From Candidatus Versatilivorator sp. (GTDB taxonomy: Bacteria > Acidobacteriota > Terriglobia > Versatilivoradales > Versatilivoraceae): 64,000 bases of DNA. The translations under genes were made by a program, and so were the position numbers. The notes beneath the pieces were generated by a model. That model was not told where the DNA came from, ran no database searches, and was given only the letters and a program-made list of their open reading frames with translations. Every line of letters starts with the position of its first letter. The stretch's first letter is position 1. Shown in pieces: positions 17,504 to 27,233 of the stretch. Location: positions 832,001-896,000 of the forward strand of contig OZ242296.1 in NCBI GenBank assembly GCA_965207735.1, in the 5' to 3' direction.

Positions 17504-18064
17504 TCACTGGTTCAATTCGTGGCAGAAGTGACAGGCTAGGGAAGCTCCTTGGGATTCGTGGCAACTCATACAGTGTTCCATGGACGTTGGCACCTCCTGC
17601 GTGAGGCTGTCCCGCAGCTCCACCGAACCGTGGCAGGTGGCACAGGTAACTCCAGAGGCCAGATGTTCCTGGTGGCTGAAGAAGACAAAATCGGGGATCT
17701 TGTAGACACGAACCCAAGGAATGGATTCGCCCCTTTGCTCGTAGCCCTCCAACATTGTTCCCACGGCTGATATCTCGCCCCCGGCTCCACGGTGGCAGGA
17801 CAGGCAAAGAGACAAGGACGGGAACCCTGCGCTACCGCCTCTACCCTTCATGGTATGGCAGGCGGCGCATTGCAGCCCCAGCTCGGCGTGGGTGCGATGG
17901 CTGAATGGAACCGGCTGCGGGACCGGTTCCGGCGCAGGCTGGGTTCGGGAGGCATTGTCGCGTGCACCCGAGATCCAGGGGATTGCCGCCAGCAAGGCCA
18001 GGCAAAGCGCAGGAACCAACGGCTTGCAAGCTCGCTGAAGACGGTGCGTCAAGAGAGTGACCAT
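17504..18064 (-). CDS. Pentaheme c-type cytochrome (cytochrome c3/c7-like, ActA/QrcA-like)
   Basis: Five CxxCH motifs (CAACH, CLSCH, CATCH, CMSCH, CHFCH), QPVPFSH..H, IPW.RVY..PDFV.FSH..H; N-terminal signal. Confidence 0.9.
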   Translation of the reverse strand: MVTLLTHRLQRACKPLVPALCLALLAAIPWISGARDNASRTQPAPEPVPQPVPFSHRTHAELGLQCAACHTMKGRGGSAGFPSLSLCLSCHRGAGGEISAVGTMLEGYEQRGESIPWVRVYKIPDFVFFSHQEHLASGVTCATCHGSVELRDSLTQEVPTSMEHCMSCHESQGASLACHFCHELNQ

Positions 18065-18098
18065 GAAGTCGAACTGAACGATCCTGGAGGAAGGTCCT

Positions 18099-20000
18099 TC
18101 ATGGTAAGGCGAAGGCTACCAGGGCATCGCCATAGCTGTCGTTGTATTTGTTGCCGCCGCCGGCGGCGATGACCACCAGTTGTTTCTTCAAACGGCTCGA
18201 CCAGAAGGTCATGGGAGTGGCGTGACCGCTGAAATCGAGCCGGGTAACCCAAAGCTCCCGGCCGGTTTCGGAATGGAAGGCCCGAAAGCGGCGGTCATTG
18301 GTTGCGGCGATAAACACCAGTCCTCCGGCAGTCACGATGGACCCGCCCAGGTTGGGTGAGCCTGTTCCGGTGATGCCTCGAGCTGCCAGATCCTCCACCA
18401 GGCCGAGCGGCACTTGCCAGCGCAGGCTTCCCCGGTTCAGGTCGATGGCCGTGAGCGTCCCCCAGGGGGGATCCTGACAGGGGACCCTGCGGGAATCCCA
18501 GAAACGTCCTTGGCGGATCCCCCGGGCCAGATAGGGCAGGCGGCTTCCTGCGCGCCCCTCCACCATCCTTACCACCTGCCCCACATCCATGGAGTTGACG
18601 AACAACAAATTCAAGCTGGGATCGTAGGATGCGCCGCCCCAATTGGGCCCTCCATTGGTGCCGGGGAACAGCACCGTGTACTCCAGGCCCTGTGGCTGAT
18701 ACATTTTACCCAGGATTGCCGTTTCCAGGATGGTCCTGCACTCGGCCTCCGTTTTAGGGTCCAGCCGGTTGATCTCCTCGAGCTCCATGCCTTGACGCGC
18801 AATCGCCGGCGGCTTGAGCGGAACCGGCTGAGTAGGCCAGGCCTCCTCTCCGGGAACCGGGCTCGCCGGAACGGGCCGCTCTTCGATTGGAAAGAGGGGT
18901 TTCCCCGTCACCCGATTGAACAGAAAGAGGAATCCCATCTTGGTGATTTGGGCCACCCCTGGCACCCTTCTCCCCTGTCGGCGCACCTCAACCAGATTGG
19001 GCTGCGCCGGCAGGTCCCAGTCCCAAAGGTCATGGTGGGTGATCTGGTAGTGCCACAGGCGCCGCCCGGTGCGAATGTCCAGGGCGACCAGGCAATCTCC
19101 GAACCAGTTCTTTCCCTTGCGTCCGCCTCCGTAGCGGTCGGGGGACGGAGAGCTCACCGGAAGATAGAGGATGCCACGTTCGGGATCGCAACTCATGGGA
19201 GCCCAGACGTTGGTCCCTCCCCGGTCCCTCCAGGACTCCGGTTCCCAGGTGTCGTTCCCCACTTCGCCGGGTTTAGGCACGGTGTTGAAACGCCAGACCA
19301 ATCGGCCGCTATCGGCATCGAAGGCACGGACGTCTCCATCGGGCCCCTCGGGCAGCCCGTCCGACACCACCGAGCCCACAATCACCAGATTCTCAAAGAT
19401 CAGGGGAGGTGAGCTCACCCCGTAGACGCGTTTTGGAAAACGGTCGGCCATGCCTGTTCGAAGATTCACGACACCCCTGCTGCCGAAACTTCCGACCGGC
19501 AGCCCGGTTCGGGCGTTCAAGGCAAACAGTCGACCGTCCAGCGTTCCCCAATAGAGCCGTTTTTCCTTGCCTCGACGCCAGTAGGCCGGGCCTCGATTGA
19601 TAAACAGGTTATAGGGCCGATGCTTGTCGAGCTTGGGGTCGAAGGCCCAGAGCTCCTTCCCCGTCGCCGAGTCCAGAGCAATCGCCCGGCCGAAGGGGGT
19701 GGTCAGATAAAGGACGCCGTCGACCGCCAGGGGTGTGCATTCAAAGGCAGAACGCACGGGATATTCCGATCCGTCGCTGATGTCGCCGGTATGGTAGGTC
19801 CAGGCGACCTTCAGTTGACCGACGTTTTCCCGGTCGATCTGCTTCAAGGGCGAATATTTTCGCGCCGCCAGGTCCCCGCCGTAATGGGGCCATTCCTGGG
19901 CAAGGGACTTTCCGGCGACGGCATGCAGACTCAGCAGCAGGACGGGCAATCCCCACCGCAGCCACCCAATGGGACACCCGGATCTCAATAGTAGATTCAT
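18099..20000 (-). CDS. PQQ-dependent dehydrogenase (glucose/quinate/shikimate family, periplasmic type)
   Basis: W.HYGGD....YSPL.QI, FE.TPL, GG.N.W..MS.D...G.LYLP, HHDLWD.DLP, PPWG.L.AIDL, N.GG.IVTAGGLVFIAAT.D. Confidence 0.92.
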   Translation of the reverse strand: MNLLLRSGCPIGWLRWGLPVLLLSLHAVAGKSLAQEWPHYGGDLAARKYSPLKQIDRENVGQLKVAWTYHTGDISDGSEYPVRSAFECTPLAVDGVLYLTTPFGRAIALDSATGKELWAFDPKLDKHRPYNLFINRGPAYWRRGKEKRLYWGTLDGRLFALNARTGLPVGSFGSRGVVNLRTGMADRFPKRVYGVSSPPLIFENLVIVGSVVSDGLPEGPDGDVRAFDADSGRLVWRFNTVPKPGEVGNDTWEPESWRDRGGTNVWAPMSCDPERGILYLPVSSPSPDRYGGGRKGKNWFGDCLVALDIRTGRRLWHYQITHHDLWDWDLPAQPNLVEVRRQGRRVPGVAQITKMGFLFLFNRVTGKPLFPIEERPVPASPVPGEEAWPTQPVPLKPPAIARQGMELEEINRLDPKTEAECRTILETAILGKMYQPQGLEYTVLFPGTNGGPNWGGASYDPSLNLLFVNSMDVGQVVRMVEGRAGSRLPYLARGIRQGRFWDSRRVPCQDPPWGTLTAIDLNRGSLRWQVPLGLVEDLAARGITGTGSPNLGGSIVTAGGLVFIAATNDRRFRAFHSETGRELWVTRLDFSGHATPMTFWSSRLKKQLVVIAAGGGNKYNDSYGDALVAFALP

Positions 20001-20186
20001 GACGGAGGGACCTGTGGCAGGTGAGTCAATGGGATGTCGGTCGCAATCAACGAAGAGAGAGATGGTCGTCCACGGTGGGCATATGCTCGAACGAGTCCGG
20101 CATGGAAAAAAGCAGGATGTTCACGGGAGACCTCCCTGGGAGTCGATGGTTTCCGGACGGTTCGGCAATGTGGAGGGCACAGCCGA

Positions 20187-21542
20187 TCAGTAGATGAAAT
20201 CCGCCTCGTAGCCGCGAGTCGAACGGGCTTGCCGTGTTGGTTCCGGTGGAGGAGGGAGGGCCGCCAACCTTTTCTGCCACTTCAGCTTGAGTTTCTGAAA
20301 CGCGCTTCTGTATTCCGGCTTCAGTGGCTTCGACGGCTTCATCTTGAGGGTGAGCGGATTCACGAAGACGCCGTTTCGCCGCACTCGGTAATCCAGATGA
20401 GGGCCGGTTGACAATCCAGTCGACCCTACGTAGCCGATCACCTGGCCCTGGGTGACTTTGGAGCCTCTCCGCAATCCCCTGGCATAGCGGGACAGGTGGG
20501 CGTAGCTGGTCGTAAAGCCGTTGCCGTGCTTGATCTGAACCAGCTTGCCATACCCGCCCTTCCGTCCGCGAAACTGCACTCGGCCGTTGCCGGCAGCCAC
20601 TACCGGAGTGCCGGTGGGGGCCGCGTAGTCGACTCCGAGGTGCGGCCGTAGCTTTCTCAGGACAGGATGAAGTCTGCGGTAGGAGAAACGCGAGCTGATG
20701 CGGGAAAACTTGACTGGAGACCTCAGAAAGTCCCGTTTGAGCGATCGTCCGACATCGTCGAAGTATCCCACTTCACCCTCGGGATCCTCGAATCGGTATC
20801 CAGTGAAGAGTTTCCCCGAGTTTTGGAACTCAACGGCCAGGATTTTGCCATATCTGACCATCCGATCTGCCAGATAGAGCTTTTCCACCATTAGGCGAAA
20901 GTGATCCCCTCTTTGGATCTCGGTGTTGAAGTCAATATCCCAGGAAAAGATCTCCGCCAAGTCCAGGGCCAATTGATCCTTTTCCTGCAATTTGGCAAGC
21001 GTGCGGAACAATGACGATTCAATGGTTCCAACCACCGGCAGAATGCGCTTTTCATACTCGATGGGAATCAGTTGAGCACGAAAGTCATCCTCGGTGCGAT
21101 CCACCTTCAGAAACTTGAAGGCATCCACCTGGTAGCGAAACCCGGTCAGCCTGCCGTCCGGGAACCGTTCCAGCTCGAACCGATTCCCCGCCCTGATCTT
21201 GGCCAGGTTGTAGATTGGCCGGGTGGCTTGCACCACCTGCAAAACGGTTTCAGGGGAGAAACCATAGGTCCTCAGCAAATTGTCGAAGGAAGTGTTTCTG
21301 GGAATTTTCCCTTGAATCAACTCCGCTTGGGGTGGGGGTGGGGGAAGATTGGGGGCAGGCGCGCCCCGGCGGACCACGGGCTTCATGGGTGCAGCCGCAG
21401 GATCGTCAGGCAGCAACCACAGGCAGGCCAGGGACAACCCGACGATTGCGCTGACCATGACAACGGACTCGAGCCGCTCGTTCAGATTGGAAGCGAGACG
21501 GCGAGGTCGTTGTTGGACCATGGCGTCAACCAAGGGGGACAA
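20187..21542 (-). CDS. M23 family peptidoglycan DD-metalloendopeptidase (MepM-like)
   Basis: FSWDIDF, RISS.F...R.HP, HLGVDYAAP.GTP, Y.HLS, GQVIGYVGSTGLSTGPHL. Confidence 0.9.
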   Translation of the reverse strand: MSPLVDAMVQQRPRRLASNLNERLESVVMVSAIVGLSLACLWLLPDDPAAAPMKPVVRRGAPAPNLPPPPPQAELIQGKIPRNTSFDNLLRTYGFSPETVLQVVQATRPIYNLAKIRAGNRFELERFPDGRLTGFRYQVDAFKFLKVDRTEDDFRAQLIPIEYEKRILPVVGTIESSLFRTLAKLQEKDQLALDLAEIFSWDIDFNTEIQRGDHFRLMVEKLYLADRMVRYGKILAVEFQNSGKLFTGYRFEDPEGEVGYFDDVGRSLKRDFLRSPVKFSRISSRFSYRRLHPVLRKLRPHLGVDYAAPTGTPVVAAGNGRVQFRGRKGGYGKLVQIKHGNGFTTSYAHLSRYARGLRRGSKVTQGQVIGYVGSTGLSTGPHLDYRVRRNGVFVNPLTLKMKPSKPLKPEYRSAFQKLKLKWQKRLAALPPPPEPTRQARSTRGYEADFIY

Positions 21543-21626
21543 TCAGAGCCGATTCGGGTCTTTCGAAAGGCCGGGAAAGCTCCTTAAGCTAACAGATCAT
21601 CCCAGCGCATACAAGCAAAAGGCTCT

Positions 21627-22034
21627 CTAGATGTACTTGCTGTGCTCCTTGAGCAGGCAGCGATCCATGACCACCGTCAAGCCGGCTCCCTCGGCCCTGT
21701 CCGCAGCCTTCCCATCCACGACACCCTCTTGCATCCAAATGGCCCCGACCCCGATCTGCATGGTCTGATCCACCACCAGGGAGACGGCCTCCGGACGGCG
21801 GAAGACATTGACCAGATCAATGGGAGTGGAAGGAGGAATATCGAGCAGGCTGGGATAGCAGAATTCTCCCAGGATCGCCTGGTGGTTGGGATTTACGGGA
21901 ACGATACGGTAGCCCTGGGTTTGCATGTAGCGGGCTACCGCATTGCTGGGCCTGCTTGGATTGGCCGAAAGACCGACTACGGCAATGGTCTTGGAATGTT
22001 CAAGCAAGCGCTTGATTTCCGTGGGATCGTTCAT
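21627..22034 (-). CDS. CoA-binding protein (YccU-like)
   Basis: IAVVGLS....RPS..V..Y, PVNP, D.V.VFR, WMQEG, VMDRC. Confidence 0.9.
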   Translation of the reverse strand: MNDPTEIKRLLEHSKTIAVVGLSANPSRPSNAVARYMQTQGYRIVPVNPNHQAILGEFCYPSLLDIPPSTPIDLVNVFRRPEAVSLVVDQTMQIGVGAIWMQEGVVDGKAADRAEGAGLTVVMDRCLLKEHSKYI

Positions 22035-22202
22035 GGGTCCGCAGGCTTGGATGAGCCCGCAAGTTTCATCGGATCACTATTACGGGCCAAGCGATTCGGG
22101 CCAACTGCCCCGGATTCATGCGCATGCGTCGATTGCGGGCCGCCATGGAGTGGGTATCCGGCTTGTTCCCGGCTTCGCGGATCCAATTTGAGCCAGCCGA
22201 CC

Positions 22203-22940
22203 TCACCCCTTGCCGCTTGCGTCCGCAGTCGAATCCAGGAACCGCATCACTTCCTGGCGGCTCAAGTGGCGGTACTCGCCCGGTTTGAGTCGACCGTCTT
22301 TCAAAAAGCCGATCTGAACACGGCGCAACTTGATCACAGAGTGCCCGACACGGTCAAACACTTTCCGGATCTGGTTGTTCCTGCCCTCGACCAGCATGAT
22401 TCTCAGCCAGCAGTTGTCGGCCTGCCTCACGACGGCAATCTTGCAGGGCGCCAACTTTTTTCCTTCCAGGGAGAGTCCCTTCGAGATCCTTGCCAGAATC
22501 GACCGACTGGGAGCACCCCGCACCTTGGCCATATAGGTCTTGGGACAATGGGGTCCGGCTGAGGCGACTCGGTTGGCAAACTGACCGTCGTTGGTCAACA
22601 GGAGCAGTCCTTCAGTGTTGAAATCCAGCCGCCCAACCGTGCTCACTCCCGGCGGGCACCCCCGGATCAGCTGACTTACCAGAGGCCTTCCAGCCGGGTC
22701 CGAAAGGGTGCACAAGTACCCTCGAGGCTTGTTCAGGAGCAGATAGGTCTGCCTTCCGGGAGGACGAATACGTCTTCCATCGACCCGAACATGGTCGCAG
22801 GAAGTATCCACTTTGGCTCCCGGCCGATTGATCGACCTGCCGTTTACGGTGACCCGTCCCTCCTGGATCAACACCTCGGCCTTGCGCCGGGAACAGACAC
22901 CTGCATTGGCAATGACTTTCTGTAGCCGATCCGTCACCAC
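22203..22940 (-). CDS. rluB: rRNA pseudouridine synthase (RluB-like, S4 domain)
   Basis: RLQK.IA.AG.CSRRKAE, LNKP.G, VGRLD..TEGLLLLTNDG, EGRN.QIR; adjacent to scpB. Confidence 0.88.
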   Translation of the reverse strand: MVTDRLQKVIANAGVCSRRKAEVLIQEGRVTVNGRSINRPGAKVDTSCDHVRVDGRRIRPPGRQTYLLLNKPRGYLCTLSDPAGRPLVSQLIRGCPPGVSTVGRLDFNTEGLLLLTNDGQFANRVASAGPHCPKTYMAKVRGAPSRSILARISKGLSLEGKKLAPCKIAVVRQADNCWLRIMLVEGRNNQIRKVFDRVGHSVIKLRRVQIGFLKDGRLKPGEYRHLSRQEVMRFLDSTADASGKG

Positions 22941-23695
22941 GATTCCGATTCCCGAACGGCTGGAGCCTGCCCGGAGACTCTGGCGCCGCCGCTGCGGTCC
23001 TGGCTGGCATCGGAAGGCTCCCTGCTCCGGGCCGCATTTTCATCCCCGGACGACAGTTCTTCAGCGCCCGAGGATCCGGCGGCCCTTTCCCCCCGGCTCA
23101 TCTGTTCGACCGCTTCCCTGGCCCTCTCGGTTCCACTCACCACCGCCATTCCTTCCAGGGAGGCCTCGGCCAGTTCCTGGTATTCATCCAGGCTGGGGAG
23201 TTCACCCAAGTTCTTGAGCCCGAATTGAAACAAAAAGTCCCGAGTGGTCTTGTAGAGAATGGGCCTGCCTACCACGTTCTTTCGACCGCCGGTGGTTACC
23301 AGTTTCTTTTCGACCAGGGTCTTCATTACGGCAGCAGCATTGACGCCGCGAATTTCCTGGATTTCCGGAAGGGTGACCGGCTGCTTGTAGGCGATGACAG
23401 CCAGGGTCTCCAAGGCTGCCAGAGAGAGTCTGATCGACGGGGCCTGGTGTTTCAGGAACTTCCGAACCCAGACGTGATGTTCCGCCTTGGTGGCCATCTT
23501 GTAGCCGTCAGCGATTTCCTTGATTTCGATTCCGTATTCGGACGAGGCGTAGCGGCGACGGAGATGCGAAAGCGTTTGGCGAATGGCAGCCTCGTTCTCC
23601 TCGCCCAGCAACTCGACCATGGAAGCCATCGTGACGGGTTCCTCCGCCAGGTAAATGAGCGCCTCCACAATGGGCCTCAGCTGTTCCTCATTCAT
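22934..23695 (-). CDS. scpB: SMC-Scp complex subunit ScpB
   Basis: LS.AALETLA.IAYKQP.T..EI..IRGV, GRP.LY.TT..FL..FGL. Confidence 0.95.
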   Translation of the reverse strand: MNEEQLRPIVEALIYLAEEPVTMASMVELLGEENEAAIRQTLSHLRRRYASSEYGIEIKEIADGYKMATKAEHHVWVRKFLKHQAPSIRLSLAALETLAVIAYKQPVTLPEIQEIRGVNAAAVMKTLVEKKLVTTGGRKNVVGRPILYKTTRDFLFQFGLKNLGELPSLDEYQELAEASLEGMAVVSGTERAREAVEQMSRGERAAGSSGAEELSSGDENAARSREPSDASQDRSGGARVSGQAPAVRESESW

Positions 23696-23719
23696 GCCGA
23701 ATCCCGTTCCTCTCAGAAA

Positions 23720-24511
23720 TCACGACGGAATGCCCGCGACTGTCATTTCGATCCTGCCCGTCCATTGTTCAAGGTCACCCATCACTTCGGCAAATCGCTT
23801 CTTGCGCCTGGCCACAATCTCTCCGAAGCGCTGCTTTTGAACCAGAACAATGGCCTGCAGATAGGACATTTCCAACAGAGCGACAAACGCCACCACCAGG
23901 GCTCTTCGGCCCCGATAGGCGGCAAACAAACGCTCGACCGAAACCTCACCCGGCGAATCCTCGAAAATGGTCTTCAAGTCTTGGAGAACCTGCCCGATGG
24001 TCACCTCCTCCTGCTCGATTTCCATCGCTCGGGCGACCTTGCGCCGCTCCTGGATTCTATGTAAGCAGATGATCAGGTCGAAAGAGCTGGCTTTCAGCTC
24101 GGATTCGACGGTTGCGTCCTGAAAATCCTTCACTCCAGGCAGCGTCCAGCTGGCCCGTTCCAACAGTTCCTTCTGGTGAAGCATTTGCGCGGCGTTTTTG
24201 AACTTTTCGTGCTCCAGCAGCCGATGCACCAACTCGGTCCGAGGATCTTCCTCCTGGCTTTCAGGCTGAAGCGGATCGGCCGGCAGGAGCATCCTGGACT
24301 TGATATGGATGAGGGTCGCCGCCATGAGCAGGAACTCGCCGGCCAGCTTGATGTCCAGCTCCTGCATGGCCTGGATCGTGTCCAGGTACTGCCGCGTAAT
24401 CTTGGCGATGGGAATATCGTAGATGTCGATCTGCTGCTTTCGAATCAGTTCCAGCAACAGATCCAGGGGGCCTTCGTAGGCCGGCAACTGAATCCTGTAA
24501 GGATCGTCCAT
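23720..24511 (-). CDS. scpA: Segregation and condensation protein A
   Basis: YEGPLDLLL.LI....IDIYDIPI..IT.QYL, EFL.MAATL..IKSRMLLP, F.ALLE. Confidence 0.95.
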   Translation of the reverse strand: MDDPYRIQLPAYEGPLDLLLELIRKQQIDIYDIPIAKITRQYLDTIQAMQELDIKLAGEFLLMAATLIHIKSRMLLPADPLQPESQEEDPRTELVHRLLEHEKFKNAAQMLHQKELLERASWTLPGVKDFQDATVESELKASSFDLIICLHRIQERRKVARAMEIEQEEVTIGQVLQDLKTIFEDSPGEVSVERLFAAYRGRRALVVAFVALLEMSYLQAIVLVQKQRFGEIVARRKKRFAEVMGDLEQWTGRIEMTVAGIPS

Positions 24512-24517
24512 GGGCGG

Positions 24518-25540
24518 TCAGGTGATCTTCATGGCCTGTCGCACGGCCTGCATGGTTTCACCGGCCACTTGAGCGGCCTGCCGATTCCCGTCCTGGATGA
24601 TCTCACCGATCTCCTGGCGGCGGCCGGCGTAGTCCCGCCGGCGTTCCAGCAGGGGCGACAGCTCCCGGACCAGACCGTCGCTCATCCACTTCTTGCAGTC
24701 GACGCAACCGATCGCGGCCGTTCGGCAGTCCCGTTGGACAGTCGCCTGAATCTCCGGGGAGGAATAGATTTTGTGGTAGGAAAAAACCGGACAGATATCG
24801 GGATTCCCCGGATCGTGGCGACGTTTGCGGGCAGGATCGGTCATCATCGTCCTGACCTTGGTGTGAATGGTCTGGGGAGAGTCGGAAAGAGAGATATCGT
24901 TGCCGTAACTCTTGCTCATCTTTCGCCCATCCAGTCCGGGAAGCCGCGGAACGGGGGTCAACAGGGCCTGGGGCTCTGGGAAGACGGGTCCGTAAAGGGC
25001 ATTGAAACGCCGGCCGATCTCCCGAGTGAGTTCCACGTGCGGCACCTGGTCTTCGCCCACGGGAACGGCGTCTGCCCTGTACATCAGGATATCCGCCGCC
25101 TGTAGCACCGGATACCCCAGGAAGCCGTAGTTGCCCAGGTCCTTGTCGGTAACGTTGGCTCGCTGTTCCTTGTAGGTCGGGACCCTTTCCAGCCATCCCA
25201 GCGGCGTGATCATCGAAAACAGGAGGTGCAGCTCGGCGTGTTCTGGAACTGCCGACTGCACGAACAGCACCGATTTTTCGGGGTCCAGGCCGGCAGCCAG
25301 CCAATCGATCATCATTTCAGTGCGGAACTGATCGATTTCCGAGGTATCGGCAAAATCGGAGGTCAGGGCATGCCAATCGGCAATGAAATGGAAACTCCGG
25401 TACCGCTCCTGCAGTTCCACCCAATTCTTCAGGGCGCCCACCACGTGGCCGAGATGGAGCTTGCCTGTGGGACGCATCCCACTGGATATGCGAGGTCTGT
25501 TCGGCTCTGAGGAAACCATATGGCAATGAGCGTCCGGCAA
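24518..25540 (-). CDS. trpS: Tryptophan--tRNA ligase
   Basis: SGMRPTG.LHLGH, ADWHALT, YPVLQAADIL, VPVGEDQ, KMSKS. Confidence 0.97.
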   Translation of the reverse strand: MPDAHCHMVSSEPNRPRISSGMRPTGKLHLGHVVGALKNWVELQERYRSFHFIADWHALTSDFADTSEIDQFRTEMMIDWLAAGLDPEKSVLFVQSAVPEHAELHLLFSMITPLGWLERVPTYKEQRANVTDKDLGNYGFLGYPVLQAADILMYRADAVPVGEDQVPHVELTREIGRRFNALYGPVFPEPQALLTPVPRLPGLDGRKMSKSYGNDISLSDSPQTIHTKVRTMMTDPARKRRHDPGNPDICPVFSYHKIYSSPEIQATVQRDCRTAAIGCVDCKKWMSDGLVRELSPLLERRRDYAGRRQEIGEIIQDGNRQAAQVAGETMQAVRQAMKIT

Positions 25541-25551
25541 CGGCTATTCCG

Positions 25552-26202
25552 CTAGGCGATAACCCAGTATACGATTCGTATGAACGGTCTCAGTACATCA
25601 CCCAAGACGCCGAAATAGAAACAGACGAACAGAATGAGAAATCCATAGGGTCGAATCCGGTCGTAGGCATCTGCCAGATCCCGAGGCAAAAAGTGCGGCA
25701 AAATCCAACTTCCGTCCAAGGGCGGAATGGGAATCATGTTGAACACGGCCAGGGCGGTATTGAGGATCGCTCCCAGCAGACACATCCGCCAGAGCGGCTC
25801 CAGCGCCGTCCCATCGATCACTCCTCCAGACATCTGATAGCTCTGGAGACCCTTTATGCCCAGCAGAAAAACGGCCAGCAGCATAACGTTGCTGATAGGT
25901 CCCGCCGCCGAAATCCAGATGTCGGCCTTGCGGCGGTCCTTGACATGAAGGGGATTCCAGGGAACCGGCTTGGCCCAACCGAAGAGCAGCCCCCCCGAAA
26001 AGTAAGCAATGGTGGGGAAGATCAGGGTTCCAACCACGTCGATATGGGGGATCGGGTTCAAGGTGACCCTTCCGAGATAACGCGCCGTGGGGTCACCAAA
26101 CCACTCCGCAGTCCAGGCATGAGCCGCCTCATGAACGCTGAGCGAAAACAAAAACACGAGCATGAAAAAAAGAAACTGAACCAACTGAGCAGTGTCGATC
26201 AC
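25552..26202 (-). CDS. Site-2 protease (M50) family protein
   Basis: HEAAH, GD.TA...GR.TLNP..HID, GWAKPVP, AGP.SN, FN.IPIPPLDG. Start placed at GTG 26202 with a GGAG upstream. Confidence 0.9.
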   Translation of the reverse strand: MIDTAQLVQFLFFMLVFLFSLSVHEAAHAWTAEWFGDPTARYLGRVTLNPIPHIDVVGTLIFPTIAYFSGGLLFGWAKPVPWNPLHVKDRRKADIWISAAGPISNVMLLAVFLLGIKGLQSYQMSGGVIDGTALEPLWRMCLLGAILNTALAVFNMIPIPPLDGSWILPHFLPRDLADAYDRIRPYGFLILFVCFYFGVLGDVLRPFIRIVYWVIA

Positions 26203-26432
26203 GGAAGCTCCGATGACGAAAACAGAACCCGACGCCCTGCCCCTTGAGGGAAGCCCGAACGCCACAATCAGCAGCAGCTTAGCATAGGTGAGCGGCGAAA
26301 CTCTAGCCGGGTCGCCATCGCGGTTCGGCCCTCCGGCGGGCTTCCTTGTTGGATCGAAATGCTGATAGTATAATGGTTTGCAGCGGATAGCCCCGAGAGA
26401 CAACCGCTGGCGAGATCCTCCCAGAGAGCCTT

Positions 26433-27233
26433 ATGAGCCTGCTGCTGCTTCGATTGACCATCGGATTCTATTCGGTAGGCCTGCTCCACTCATTTCTGAC
26501 CATCATCACCCGCAAGAAGACACTGTTTCGGGTCGCCCTGACCGGTATTTGCGTGGGATTCCTGTGCCATCTGCTGGCGATTTCCATGGCCTGGTACGAA
26601 ACCCGCCACCCCCCGATCGACGAATTGCAGGGGGTGCTTTCCTTTTTCGCCCTGATGATCGTGCTGGCATTCCTCCTGGCTTATGCCCGCTATCGTTTGG
26701 ATTCATTGAGTGTGTTCGTTTTCCCGCTGGCTTTCATTCTGACGCTGGCAGCCAATTTGACGTCGGAGCCCAGCCAGCCCTTTCCCGAGATCTTGGGAAG
26801 TCTTTGGCTTTACCTGCATGTGCCCTTCATCTTCCTTGCCTACGCGGCTTTTTTTGTGGCCTTCGCCTCCGGCTTGATGTACCTCATCCAGGAAAACGAG
26901 TTGAAACGTCGAAGACCTCAGGCGTTCTACTATCGTCTGCCCTCGCTTGAAGTCTGCGACGAATTGGGATACCGGGCTCTCAGTATCGGGTTTCCCCTGT
27001 TGACTTTGGGACTGGTGGCCGGTGTCCTCTGGCAGGCGCCGTGGGAACTGGACAAGAAGATCATCGCCTCCTTCAGCACCTGGATCGTCTATGCCGTTCT
27101 TATCGCCTATCGTCTCTCTGAAGGACTGCGCGGCAGGCGCGCGGCCTGGATGTCCATCCTGGGATTCATTCTCATCCTGGCAACCTTTTTCGGGACCCGC
27201 TCCCAGGGAAGCGCCCATCCTTTCATACAATGA
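26433..27233 (+). CDS. ccsA: Cytochrome c assembly protein family (CcsA/HemX-like)
   Basis: Multi-TM protein, WL..H, MYL.QE..LK, LPSL...D, W.LD.K, G.RGR..A; directly precedes hemA. Confidence 0.8.
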   Translation: MSLLLLRLTIGFYSVGLLHSFLTIITRKKTLFRVALTGICVGFLCHLLAISMAWYETRHPPIDELQGVLSFFALMIVLAFLLAYARYRLDSLSVFVFPLAFILTLAANLTSEPSQPFPEILGSLWLYLHVPFIFLAYAAFFVAFASGLMYLIQENELKRRRPQAFYYRLPSLEVCDELGYRALSIGFPLLTLGLVAGVLWQAPWELDKKIIASFSTWIVYAVLIAYRLSEGLRGRRAAWMSILGFILILATFFGTRSQGSAHPFIQ

